Assembly: GCF_006345805.1 (NCBI RefSeq)
Contig: NC_043004.1
Span: forward strand, 101,618,001 to 101,682,000
Source of the DNA: Octopus sinensis
Taxonomy: Eukaryota
Reading direction: 5' to 3'
Length of the DNA: 64,000 nt
This document shows positions 51,157 through 58,494 of this stretch, in pieces. The notes below the pieces were generated by a model. That model had not been told where the DNA came from. It did not search any database and saw nothing but the letters and a program-made list of their open reading frames with translations. The position numbers and the translations under genes were made by a program. The number at the start of each line of letters is the position of its first letter. The stretch's first letter is position 1.

Positions 51157-54100
51157 CATGTATGTATGTATGTGAGATATTAAAACATGTGTAGCATCTA
51201 AATATTTTTCTCTTTTACAGTTGACCGTTGAATTGTATGAAATCCTGGAAAACGTCGACAAGGTATCAGAACATATGCATTTGATGGATGCTATTTCAGA
51301 CTTCCTGTATCCTTTGAGATTGTTTGTTAATCATAGCTGGGAATTTGCTTGTTTTGCATATCTGTCTACATGTTTATGTGTGTGCAAGTGCGTGTGTGTG
51401 TGTGCACAAGTATGTTGGTTCATGTTTATATGTGTTTGTGTTGTATGAATGTGTATGTGTATGAATGTTCATATGTGAGATTTTGTGGATAAATATTTTC
51501 GTGTCTGAGCTGTTGCATAATTTTGTGTGGTTGCTTTGAGATGGGTATACACACCACTGCTCACATGCTCTGTAGAATCATTAAAATCAACATACAGAAC
51601 CTTATCATCATAATCATCATCATCATCATCGTTTAACGTCCGTTTTCCGCGCTAGCATGGGTTGGACGGTTCAACTGGGGTCTGGGAAGCCAGAAGGATG
51701 CACCAGGCCCAGTCAGATTTGGCAGTGTTTCTACGGCTGGATGCCCTTCCTAACGCCAACCACTCCGTGAGTGTAGTGGGTGCTTTTTACGTACCACCTG
51801 CACAGGTGCCAGGTGGGGTTTGGCATCGGCCACGATTGGTTGGTGCTTTTAACGTGCCACCGGCACGGAAGCCAGTCGAGGCGGCACTGGCATCGGCCAC
51901 GTTCGGATGGTGCTTTTTATGTGCCACCGGCACAGAAGCCAGTTGAGGTGGCGCTGGCATCGTGTGGAAGAAAATTTGATAAAGACATACATTTTCCAAT
52001 TAGTGATGATCTAACCAGATGAAATACGTAACAAAACTGTAAGCCTTGCTATGGATAGCTATCAATCGCAGAAGTGGATTAGCCAGTGTTGTTGATTTTC
52101 ATTTCTAAACTGTTTATTTGCCAACTGGCTGACTTCATCATACAGACACACATTGGGTTAGGTTTGTGTGTGTATAATACTCATACATCTACCTTAATAT
52201 GTAGATTATCAACAGGTGGGGGAGATGCCTTTGTTTTTCACTTTGAATTTGTCTTTTCCTGCTTCCCAATAGTCTCAGATGTTTAGACATTAGGGTTAAA
52301 ACATTATTGACCAAATATGGATTCAAAGAAGTTTCAGCTGAGTGATCTGACCATCCCTTTCTTCTTCTTCTTCTTTTTCTTTTTCTTCTTCTTCTTTTCT
52401 TCTTCTTCCTTTTCTTTTTCTTCTTCTTCTTCTTTTTCTTCTTTTTCTTTTTCTTCTTCTTTTTCTCTTCTTCTTCTTCTTTTTCTTTTTCTTCTTCCTC
52501 TTCTTTTTCTTTTTCTTTTTCTTCTTCTTCCTCTTCTTCTTCTTCTTCTATCTTCTTCTTCTTCCAACAACACACATGCTTGTGCACTCAAACACACACA
52601 CCAATGTTGATAACTTGGCAGATCTCTTAGATTATTGGATAGAATGCCTCGTGGTGTTTGTTCCAGCGCTTTGCACTCTGAGTTCAAATTCTACTAGGGT
52701 CAACCTTGCCTTTCATCCTTTTGAGATTGATAAAAAAAGAAAGTTCCAAACCTGGAATGGTGGATTTGCAGAACTGTTAGAACGTGGTTAGGGTGTTGGA
52801 CTCATGATTCCTGGACTGGATGATGTTTTATCATCATCATCATTTATTGTCTATTGTCAATAAATGAGCCAGCGCCGACTCGACTGGCTTCTGTGTCGGT
52901 GGCACATAAAAAGCACCATCCGAACGTTGCCTGCGCCGCCTTGGCTGGCTTCCATGCCACTAGCATGTTAAAAGCTCCAACCGATCGTGGCCGATGCCGG
53001 ACCCCCCCCCTGGCACCTGTGCAGGTGGCACGTAAAAAGCACCCACTACACTCGCGGAGTGGTTGGCGTTAGGAAGGGCATCCAGCTGTAGAAACTCTGC
53101 CAGATCAGACTGGAGCCCGGAGCAGCCCCTGGCTTCCCAGACCCCGGTCGAACCGTCCAACCCATACTAGCATGGAAAACGGACGTTAAACGATGATGAT
53201 GATGATGATGATGATGTCCATGCTGGCATGAGATGGATGGTTTGACCTGAGCTGGCAAGCTGGAGAGTTGCACCAGGCTCCAGTCTAATTTAGCATAGTT
53301 TCTGCAGCTGGATGCCCTTCATAAAACCAACCACTTTACAGAATGTGGTGGGTGCTTTTATGTGGCACCGGCATGATGGATAGTATAGAGATAATCCATC
53401 ACGATGGATAGTATAGAGATAATCCATCACCCAGTTTAACACCATCACCTGGCTCCTTGGTTACTTTCAATGTTGTAAGCATTTGGTATAGGTCTCCCAT
53501 TTAAGGATCTCTTCCTCTCTCCCTCGTACAAATCTCAGAGGCCTTGTGAAAAATCATAGACCACTGCCTTAACTAGAAATAACAGAAATGAAACAAAATG
53601 ATAGGGTGGTCAAGTTTGGAATGTCTTTGCTCATAGATCTACTCAGTTAGGGCCAACTCCAAACTCAACAACAAAAACTCACATATTGAACATCTCAAAA
53701 TTGTTTTTTGTCACATTTTAATTTTTTTATTTTTGTGTTTGTCAATAGATCTCCTTAAACCTATATTGTCTATCTCAGTGGTTCTCAACCAGAGTTCACA
53801 TAACCCTTAAGGGTCCATATAAGATTTTGTTGTTAAAATGTACATGCAATACACAAAATATTTTAATTCTTTTTTTATACAATTCCTAATAATGCTTAAC
53901 CCTTTAGCATTCAGATTATTCTATCAAATGTTGAGACCCCCTTCAGTCATGATTGACCGTGGGATTGCACCTAGAAAGTTACCCTCCCAGGCACAAGTCT
54001 GGGCAAGGTTGTTTATGGAAGACCAGCAGTCGCCCATGCATATTGGCCTCCCCTCTCCATGCTACCAGTGTTATCCAAGGGAAAGGCAAAGGGGCCGATA

Positions 54101-54870
54101 CAGCTTGGCACCTGTGACGTTGCAACTCATTTCTACAGCTGAGAGAACTGGAGCTACGTGAAATAAAGTGTCTTGCTCAAGGACACAACACGCAGCCCGG
54201 TCTGGGATTCAAACTCACAACTTTATGATCATAAGCTCGACGCTCTAACCACTGAGTCATGCGCCTATCAAATGTAATGCTTATTTATTCACATCATTTG
54301 GAATTAATCGGGTATTATCTTGTAGCCTTAAGATTTCAATTATGCGACTCTATATTTTTTAGACCAACATTGTAGGGTAGGTGTGAAAGGCTGGATCTGG
54401 CCAGTTTGAACGTAAAACAAGAAGAACATGTTGGCCGGATGTGGCCAGTTTAAATGCTAAAGGGTTAATATAAAAAATATAATAGGATATTTTTAAACAT
54501 TGAATGACTATTCGTGTTCATCCAAGTAAAATAGGAATCAAAAGGATTCATAGACAAGGAATGGTTGAGAACCCCTGGTCTGGCTCCTGGTTGGTCTTAA
54601 TGCCAACCCCCAACCCAACCTCCAATAATGTCACTACCACTTCCTTAACGTTGCTTCAGCTATCACATAAAATACATGTTTGTCGGCGATGGAGTGAAAA
54701 ACGATGTGGAGAAGATCATTAGGAACCTACGTCCACCTCTGCAGCTACGCCTCAGGTTCATCTCCCGCATCAACATCGAGGAGACTGCTACTTCGAATTC
54801 TTCTGCCCCCACCTCTGCCTCCTCTTCTACCTCTCAGCCAACAAAGATTCAGGACAGTTTTCACTTTTAA
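351..54870 (+). CDS. MED23: MED23 (Mediator subunit 23), 5'-partial spliced gene, 24 coding exons in window
   Basis: Joined exons give 3006 nt and 1001 aa, colinear with recalled vertebrate MED23 motifs ([16 protein letters not shown], [72 protein letters not shown], YHxKYMF..LRLRFI). Intron phases 0,2,1,2,1,2,1,1,2,2,0,0,0,0,0,1,1,1,2,0,2,0,2 are consistent. Confidence 0.97.
1688..2010 (-). mobile_element. Tc1/mariner-superfamily transposase 3' end plus TIR
   Basis: Minus strand PNCNPMD*YAWSMV, frameshift, then [14 protein letters not shown]...[18 protein letters not shown]; ends in TA-CAGGGTG. Confidence 0.7.
2558..2760 (+). CDS. MED23: MED23 exon w2
   Basis: tttctag|CTT...GA|gtaagc; [15 protein letters not shown]...PHALKDHLE. 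Confidence 0.95.
2926..3438. mobile_element. Tc1/pogo-type MITE
   Basis: About 25-bp imperfect TIRs CCGTAAATCTTCGAGGATAATCC / GGACTATACTCGAGGATTTACGG; TA on the left flank. Confidence 0.7.
3811..4070 (-). mobile_element. SINE-like family A ((ATG)n tail; core GGAAGGGCATCCAGCTGTAGAAA)
   Basis: More than 20 copies, e.g. 4938-5151+, 5514-5876+, 6529-6690-, 8720-9114+, 9145-9338+, 10349-10614+, 11895-12071-, 13919-14170-, 18625-18962+, 19868-20120+, 39032-39445-, 43763-43929-, 48778-49128-, 51611-51963-, 52866-53216+, 60268-60545-. Confidence 0.85.
4548..4621 (+). CDS. MED23: MED23 exon w3
   Basis: cttacag|A...T|gtaagt; [24 protein letters not shown]. Confidence 0.95.
6800..7012. mobile_element. 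TTAA-flanked MITE (CCCTTTAG family)
   Basis: TTAA|CCCTTTAG...CTAAAGGG|TTAA; relatives at 37222-37442, 37447-37667 and 53900-54464. Confidence 0.8.
7254..7486 (+). mobile_element. SINE family C (possible Meta-domain core GTCGACTTTGCCTTTCATCCTTTCGGGGTCGATAAATTAAGTACC)
   Basis: 13-bp TSD AGAAACATAGATA; copies 568-797-, 16723-16950-, 20540-20775-, 35719-35945+, 35940-36080-, 42101-42331-, 56426-56652+ (TSD TATAGAAGAG). The Meta-domain assignment is from memory. Confidence 0.8.
7599..7767 (+). CDS. MED23: MED23 exon w4
   Basis: ttcacag|AT...AG|gtgagg; [12 protein letters not shown]...[12 protein letters not shown]. Confidence 0.95.
7975..8215 (-). mobile_element. CR1-clade LINE 3' end fragment
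   Basis: [18 protein letters not shown]...[17 protein letters not shown]...[11 protein letters not shown] resembles the end of invertebrate CR1 ORF2. Confidence 0.7.
9357..9658 (+). mobile_element. tRNA-headed SINE family E (CORE-like centre)
   Basis: GGCTCAGTGGTTAGAG head; GTGTTGTG..GAGCAxGACACTTTATTTCAC..CATCTGTAAAAATGAG core; copies 18232-18550- and 53932-54264-. Confidence 0.75.
10716..10858 (+). CDS. MED23: MED23 exon w5
   Basis: tttgcag|C...A|gtgagt; [47 protein letters not shown]. Confidence 0.96.
12091..12296. repeat. inverted repeat, 68-bp arms, 57-bp spacer
   Basis: 12098-12165 vs 12223-12290, one G.U-type mismatch. Confidence 0.93.
12687..12861 (+). CDS. MED23: MED23 exon w6
   Basis: ttaacag|GT...TG|gtgagt; [59 protein letters not shown]. 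Confidence 0.96.
14727..14896 (+). CDS. MED23: MED23 exon w7 (not in ORF track)
   Basis: tccatag|C...G|gttggt; [21 protein letters not shown]...[20 protein letters not shown]. Confidence 0.95.
15445..16530 (+). mobile_element. internally deleted piggyBac-type transposon
   Basis: TTAA TSDs (15441-44, 16531-34); TIR CCCTTTCGTT/AACGAAAGGG; ORF 15724-16161 with acidic N-terminus and [26 protein letters not shown], continuing after a frameshift as [11 protein letters not shown]. Confidence 0.85.
17060..17257 (+). CDS. MED23: MED23 exon w8
   Basis: attgcag|GT...A|gtaggt; [34 protein letters not shown]...VDTEYKKWR. Confidence 0.94.
17584..17919 (+). repeat. perfect 100-bp tandem repeat (3.4 copies) inside a family A element
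   Basis: CTGACCTCGC recurs at 17631, 17731 and 17831 with identical intervening sequence. Confidence 0.95.
19403..19469 (+). CDS. MED23: MED23 exon w9
   Basis: tctctag|GT...TG|gtaagt; [23 protein letters not shown]. Confidence 0.94.
19732..19868. repeat. (TCTA)n plus (TA)n compound microsatellite
   Basis: direct reading. Confidence 0.95.
20392..20445 (+). CDS. MED23: MED23 exon w10
   Basis: atttcag|C...AA|gtaaga; [18 protein letters not shown]. Confidence 0.9.
21499..21877 (+). mobile_element. tRNA-headed SINE family B (GGCGCAGGAGTGGCTGTGTGGTAAGTAGC...)
   Basis: A/B-box-like head (GTGTGGTAAG, GGTTCAGTCCC), internal TA/CA tract, tail GAAACAAGTAAAAGAG; copies 24762-25336+, 28996-29394+, 34280-34685-, 34722-35100+, 36291-36685-, 38235-38650-, 44811-45218-, 49352-49761-. 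Confidence 0.85.
22109..22485. mobile_element. Helentron/HINE-like non-autonomous element
   Basis: Starts AACAAGCACTCAGAGAGCAC; internal (ACAA)n; ends in the stem-loop CCTCTGCCTT-CGCT-AAGGCGGTGG then TAATAA. Confidence 0.45.
23235..23343 (+). CDS. MED23: MED23 exon w11
   Basis: tacttag|A...AAG|gtgagt; [36 protein letters not shown]. Confidence 0.95.
25465..25536 (+). CDS. MED23: MED23 exon w12
   Basis: tttgcag|TAT...TTG|gtaagt; [24 protein letters not shown]. Confidence 0.95.
25590..25860. repeat. compound (CA)n/(TA)n microsatellite block
   Basis: direct reading. Confidence 0.95.
26896..27314. mobile_element. unclassified MITE with 27-bp TIRs
   Basis: ATCTTTTCGGTTTGAACGGCAGTTTTT and its exact reverse complement at 27288-27314; internal ttagggttag-like motif. 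Confidence 0.7.
27634..27744 (+). CDS. MED23: MED23 exon w13
   Basis: attgcag|GCA...ATG|gtgagt; [37 protein letters not shown]. Confidence 0.95.
28244..29425. mobile_element. hAT MITE split by two SINE insertions
   Basis: CAGTGGTTCTCAAC...GTTGAGAACCACTG, TSD cactagga/tattagga; SINEs at 28480-28866 and 28996-29394. Confidence 0.7.
29537..29927. mobile_element. Helitron/Helentron-like non-autonomous element
   Basis: Starts TACTAGCAG..GCCGCCGTTGCTCGGG and ends CACACAACCTCACTTTTATAAAGAT, an architecture recalled for rolling-circle non-autonomous elements. Confidence 0.45.
30296..30355 (+). CDS. MED23: MED23 exon w14
   Basis: tcttcag|AAC...CGG|gtatgt; [20 protein letters not shown]. Confidence 0.93.
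31170..32728. repeat. tandem array of about 2.6 copies of a ~570-bp element separated by (AAT)n
   Basis: Units about 31170-31490, 31500-32075 and 32090-32728; further copies 45587-46135 and partial 14320-14485. Confidence 0.8.
32752..32859 (+). CDS. MED23: MED23 exon w15
   Basis: tttatag|AAA...CCA|gtaagt; [36 protein letters not shown]. Confidence 0.95.
36922..37021 (+). CDS. MED23: MED23 exon w16
   Basis: actgtag|GTT...G|gtatag; [33 protein letters not shown]. Confidence 0.94.
37222..37667. mobile_element. two CCCTTTAG MITEs in inverted tandem sharing a central TTAA
   Basis: Copy 1 at 37222-37442, TTAA at 37443-46, copy 2 inverted at 37447-37667, then TTAA. Confidence 0.75.
37929..38027 (+). 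CDS. MED23: MED23 exon w17
   Basis: ctttcag|AT...G|gtaaag; [33 protein letters not shown]. Confidence 0.94.
39648..39926. mobile_element. hAT (Charlie-like) MITE
   Basis: CAGTGGTTCCCAAAC...GTTTGAGAACCACTG with perfect 8-bp TSD CTTTATAT; ends 52 bp before exon w18. Confidence 0.88.
39979..40116 (+). CDS. MED23: MED23 exon w18
   Basis: cctttag|GT...A|gtatcctttc (U12-type donor); [17 protein letters not shown]...[17 protein letters not shown]. Confidence 0.93.
40117..42437 (+). other. U12-type (minor spliceosome) GT-AG intron of MED23
   Basis: Donor GTATCCTTTC; branch-like TTTCCTTAAG at 42418-42427, 11-12 nt before the AG; no long polypyrimidine tract between branch and acceptor. Confidence 0.88.
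41241..41624 (+). mobile_element. tRNA-headed SINE family D (GGCGCAATGGCCCAGTGGTTAGGGCAGCGG...)
   Basis: 12-bp TSD ACAGCATCCTGA; copies 33499-33894+, 42801-43184+, 28480-28866- (TSD CAAACCTATATG), partial 27975-28175-. Confidence 0.88.
42438..42603 (+). CDS. MED23: MED23 exon w19
   Basis: tttccttaagctagcatcag|CT...AG|gtaatt; [39 protein letters not shown]...LLDVILT. This acceptor gives a length matching the recalled human DTMAGKSPGPFPNCDWR. Confidence 0.92.
43209..43762. mobile_element. foldback non-autonomous Tc1-like element made of two right ends
   Basis: Arms 43209-43434 and 43538-43762 are inverted, about 94% identical by hand count; TA-CAGGGTGG terminus; minus strand encodes [14 protein letters not shown]...[12 protein letters not shown]. 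Confidence 0.88.
44031..44103 (+). CDS. MED23: MED23 exon w20
   Basis: gtttcag|C...CCG|gtaaga; [25 protein letters not shown]. Confidence 0.94.
46157..46368 (+). CDS. MED23: MED23 exon w21
   Basis: gtttcag|GAA...GC|gtgagt; [18 protein letters not shown]...[18 protein letters not shown]. Confidence 0.95.
47171..47338. repeat. near-perfect palindrome, 81-bp arms, 6-nt loop
   Basis: 47171-47251 vs 47258-47338, four differences. Confidence 0.95.
47656..47776 (+). CDS. MED23: MED23 exon w22
   Basis: tctacag|G...GAA|gtaaga; [41 protein letters not shown]. Confidence 0.95.
48177..48397. mobile_element. piggyBac-type MITE
   Basis: TTAA|CCCTTTCGTTA...TAACGAAAGGG|TTAA; same terminus as 15445-16530. 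Confidence 0.85.
51221..51306 (+). CDS. MED23: MED23 exon w23
   Basis: tttacag|TTG...CT|gtatcctttg (U12-type donor); [29 protein letters not shown]. Confidence 0.93.
52358..52563. repeat. degenerate (CTT)n/(CTTTTT)n polypyrimidine tract
   Basis: direct reading; source of the spurious poly-E/K/F/S ORFs. Confidence 0.95.
53776..54577. mobile_element. hAT MITE containing a TTAA MITE containing a SINE
   Basis: CAGTGGTTCTCAACC...GGTTGAGAACCCCTG, TSD gtctatct/gtctggct; MITE 53900-54464 with TTAA; SINE 53932-54264 with TSD CTATCAAATGT. Confidence 0.85.
54660..54870 (+). CDS. MED23: MED23 exon w24 (last coding exon)
   Basis: cttccttaacgttgcttcag|C; [37 protein letters not shown], then a Ser/Thr-rich tail and TAA at 54868-54870. 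Confidence 0.93.
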
Positions 54871-55011
54871 ACTGTTTACTTCTCAGCTGGCTTGACCTGT
54901 TCATATATACACACACACACCGGATTAGGTGTGTGTATGTATGAAACACATTTATGTGTATATAAATATACATTTATGTGTATATAAATATACTATATAT
55001 ATATATATATT

Positions 55012-55017
55012 AATAAA
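55012..55017 (+). terminator. candidate polyadenylation signal
   Basis: AATAAA about 140 nt after the stop, but inside a TA-rich tract and could be chance. Confidence 0.25.
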
Positions 55018-55106
55018 TATAAGGGTAGCAAGAAATTCTACAAAAAATTCTCCGCTACCAGCGGTCCAGCGAGAAAGAAAAGATAGTCAAAGACTATATA
55101 ATATAC

Positions 55107-55282
55107 ATTCAAAAATATAAGGAATGGCCATAATAGGACATTCAACTCACTAGAAAGAGCAGCCAAACTCAAACCGCTAAATAGTTGTAATTCTGAAATT
55201 GAAAGAGAAATAAAATAGCGGTTTGAGTTTGGCTGCTCTTTCTAGTGAGTCGAATGTCCTATTATGGCCATTCCTTATATTT

Positions 55283-55288
<6 letters not shown>
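55107..55288. repeat. inverted repeat, 73-bp arms, 36-bp spacer
   Basis: 55107-55179 vs 55216-55288, one mismatch. Confidence 0.95.
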
Positions 55289-55319
<31 letters not shown>

Positions 55320-55545
55320 AGTAGAAAGATATATTTTTTCAATGCTTAAGTACTGATAGAACAATATAGGATAAAATCTTTACAGAGCAGAAAAATCTAT
55401 CAGCAACCAGCCAATCCTACATATGCTGTTCTATTAGTACTTACGATATTAGTACTTACGCATTGAAAAAGTATATCTTTCTATCTGGACTACAATACAT
55501 TTCAGTGCTTCAAAAACAAACTTATGTTTGCTTACATATGATGTA

Positions 55546-55576
<31 letters not shown>

Positions 55577-55626
55577 GAGTATTACAATGGGCATATAAGC
55601 AAAACACAATATATGTGTGACCAATG

Positions 55627-55669
<43 letters not shown>

Positions 55670-57841
55670 AGAACATTTGAACATATGAAATTGAGCAATG
55701 TATAATAAACACATGAATGAACATTGTAGATATGAATATATCTTCTGTCCACATTGACCCATACCATACTTGGGTAAGTTTATTGTTATGTACGTGTGTT
55801 TTTTGTGTGTATGTGTGTGTGTGTATATATATATACACGCATATGTATGTGTGTGTGTATATATATGTATATATATATATATGAAGGGTTTCTTTTTAGT
55901 TTCCACTTAGCATTTTCACTCATAAGGTGCTGCCCTCTAGGACTGACTATAAAACCATCCTGTTGTACAACGAATTTCTTAACCACACAGTCTCATATGT
56001 GTGTGTGTGTGTATAAACACGCACACAGATATATATATATTTGTGTTTTATGTGAATGTGTATATATCATCATCATCATCATCATTTAACGTTTGTTTTC
56101 CATGCTGGCATGGTTTGGATTGTTTGACAGGCTCTGGCAAGCCAAGGGAATGCATTGAACTCCTATGTCATTTTCAGCATGGTGGCTATGGCTGGATGAC
56201 CTTCCTAATGTCAACCACTTTACAGTGTGTACTGGGTGCCTTTCTTTTATACCATGGGCTCTAGTTGAGTTCCCCAAGTAACTTGCAAGAGAAGAAAAGT
56301 AAAGGAAAAAAGACTTCTCAACTAAGTGGGGTATATGTAGTTGAAGTGGTGGTGAGCGCTATGCCAGGTATTGAGAAGCTGAAATATGATGGAGAGACAA
56401 GCGCAACTGTCTTGCTATAGAAGAGGGCGGCGAGCTGGCAGAACCGTTAACACCCCGGGCAAAATGCTTAGCGGTATTTCGTCTGCTGTTACGTTCTGAG
56501 TTCAAATTCCGCCGAGGTTAATTTTGCCTTTCCTCCTTTCAAGGTCGATAAATTAAGTACCATTTATGCACTGGGGTCGATGTAATCGACTTAATGCTTT
56601 TGTCCTTGTTTGTCCTCTCTGTGTTTAGCCCCCTGTGGGCAATAAAGAGATATATAGAAGAGATACATGGCTACCCTGTGTTATGTAATTGTAGGTGGGT
56701 GTAGCTGAGAAGAAAATAGAAATGATAGTGATGAGGTACTAGAACAAACTCTAAAGGCACAGGTAGGTGAGTTTAAAAAAGGGTACATGGTACAGACAGT
56801 GGATCAATAAGGAAGGTGAGGGTGCGTAATTTCTTGAGAGTGTGAGAGGAAAGTAATAGGTGGTTAGAGATAGGGGTGGAGGTGAATGTGAGTGATGAGC
56901 AAGAGTGGAGGTAAAGTTGATTGGAAACATCAATATGGAGATGGGGGTAGGGCAGTTAAAGTGAGGGAGGTAGAAGCAACTCTGGCAGGAAGATAAATCA
57001 GAAAGTAGAAGGTTAATGTGCAAGGAGTAAGGATGGGAAGAAGAGAGCTGCACAGTGACAAAGACGGAGGTCAGAGGTATATAAAGCTGGCTGTAGTGAG
57101 TGGGGTAGCCACGGGGTTGGGGTTAGGACTGCGGCCTTTGATGGCAAATACACAAGAGCATTGAAAATAATAGCAGATATGAGAGGTGTTAAAGATGAAG
57201 TGTGGCAAGATTAAGATGGCATGTATTCTCAGCTAACCACTTGCCAATATAAGATTTGTCACCTCCAGTACATCGAAGTACATCCTATTGACAAGGCTCA
57301 ACAAAGCTGAAATGCATTGGGTATTCTTGTTAGCTGCTGCTAGGATGATTTTTTTCTCTCCAATATACTGTTTTTAAATGCAGCACATCCACATGAAATG
57401 TTATCTCTGAATGAGTAACTTAGTAAAGTTGCCTTTCAACAATGCATTTACATTTAGTATGATACATAAATGACTATTTTAATTTAATAATGCTTCTCTT
57501 GCATATGATGGATATTTATTCAGCTGAATGGCTATCAGCAACATCAGTGAATATTATTCATTGCTTCCTATATATCTGATATAACAAATCTTGTATAGGT
57601 ATGTGGTTGGCTGTGAGTACACGTCATTGATATGACCAGTAAGGCTGAAATACATCTAGCATTCTTGCAAGCAACTGCTGGGATCATTTCCATCTCCTTC
57701 TGACATATATTGTGGTTTAAATACAGCACATCCATAGATGTTATCTTTGGATGAATGGTGTAATAAATTTGCTTTTCAGAAATTTATTTACATTGTGTAT
57801 GATACATAATTTAATACAACTTCTATTGTATACAATGGATA

Positions 57842-57886
<45 letters not shown>

Positions 57887-58457
57887 GCATATATTTGTGT
57901 ATGCAATAAGTACAGGTGTGGCTGTGTGGTTAAGAAGTTTGCATCCCAACCAGATGGTTTTCGGTTCAGTCCCACTGTGTGGTACCCCCTGGGCGATTGT
58001 ATTATAGCCTCAGGCTGACCAAAGCTTTGTGAGTGGATTTGGTTGAAGAAACTGTATTGTATACACACACACACATGCATGTGTGTGTGTGAGTGAGTGT
58101 ATAGTGTTTCTTTGTCTCAACATCACATGATAGTTGTGAAATGATTGTCACCATCTTACAAGCATTATCATTCATTTCTACACTTCTACGAGAACATGAT
58201 TGGCCATAGAGAAATATAACCTAATTTGGAAACAGGTGAGAGTTGGTATCCAACTGTAGAAAATCTGCCTCAATAATTCTGTCCAGCACATATAAGTCTG
58301 GAAAATTGGGCTTTAAAAGGATAATGAAAATTCCTGATCTAGGAGACTAAAAAATCCAAAGAGAATTTTATATGAGTTAAATACAACTGTAGAACAAATA
58401 AAATCACTGTATATGTGTGTGTGTGTGTGTACACACACACACACACACATCTATCTA

Positions 58458-58494
<37 letters not shown>

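Larger units (their letters stand above)
51307..54659 (+). other. U12-type (minor spliceosome) GT-AG terminal intron of MED23
   Basis: Donor GTATCCTTTG; perfect branch TTCCTTAAC at 54641-54649, with the AG 11-12 nt after the branch A. Confidence 0.93.

Noticed and set aside
51263-51268. U2 donor AG|GTATCA as the true end of exon w23
   Set aside because: It would drop the conserved MDAISDFL and shift the frame of the last exon, so it is kept only as a cryptic site.
52189-52687. Long poly-E/K/R and poly-F/S ORFs
   Set aside because: They are translations of the (CTT)n tract inside the terminal intron.
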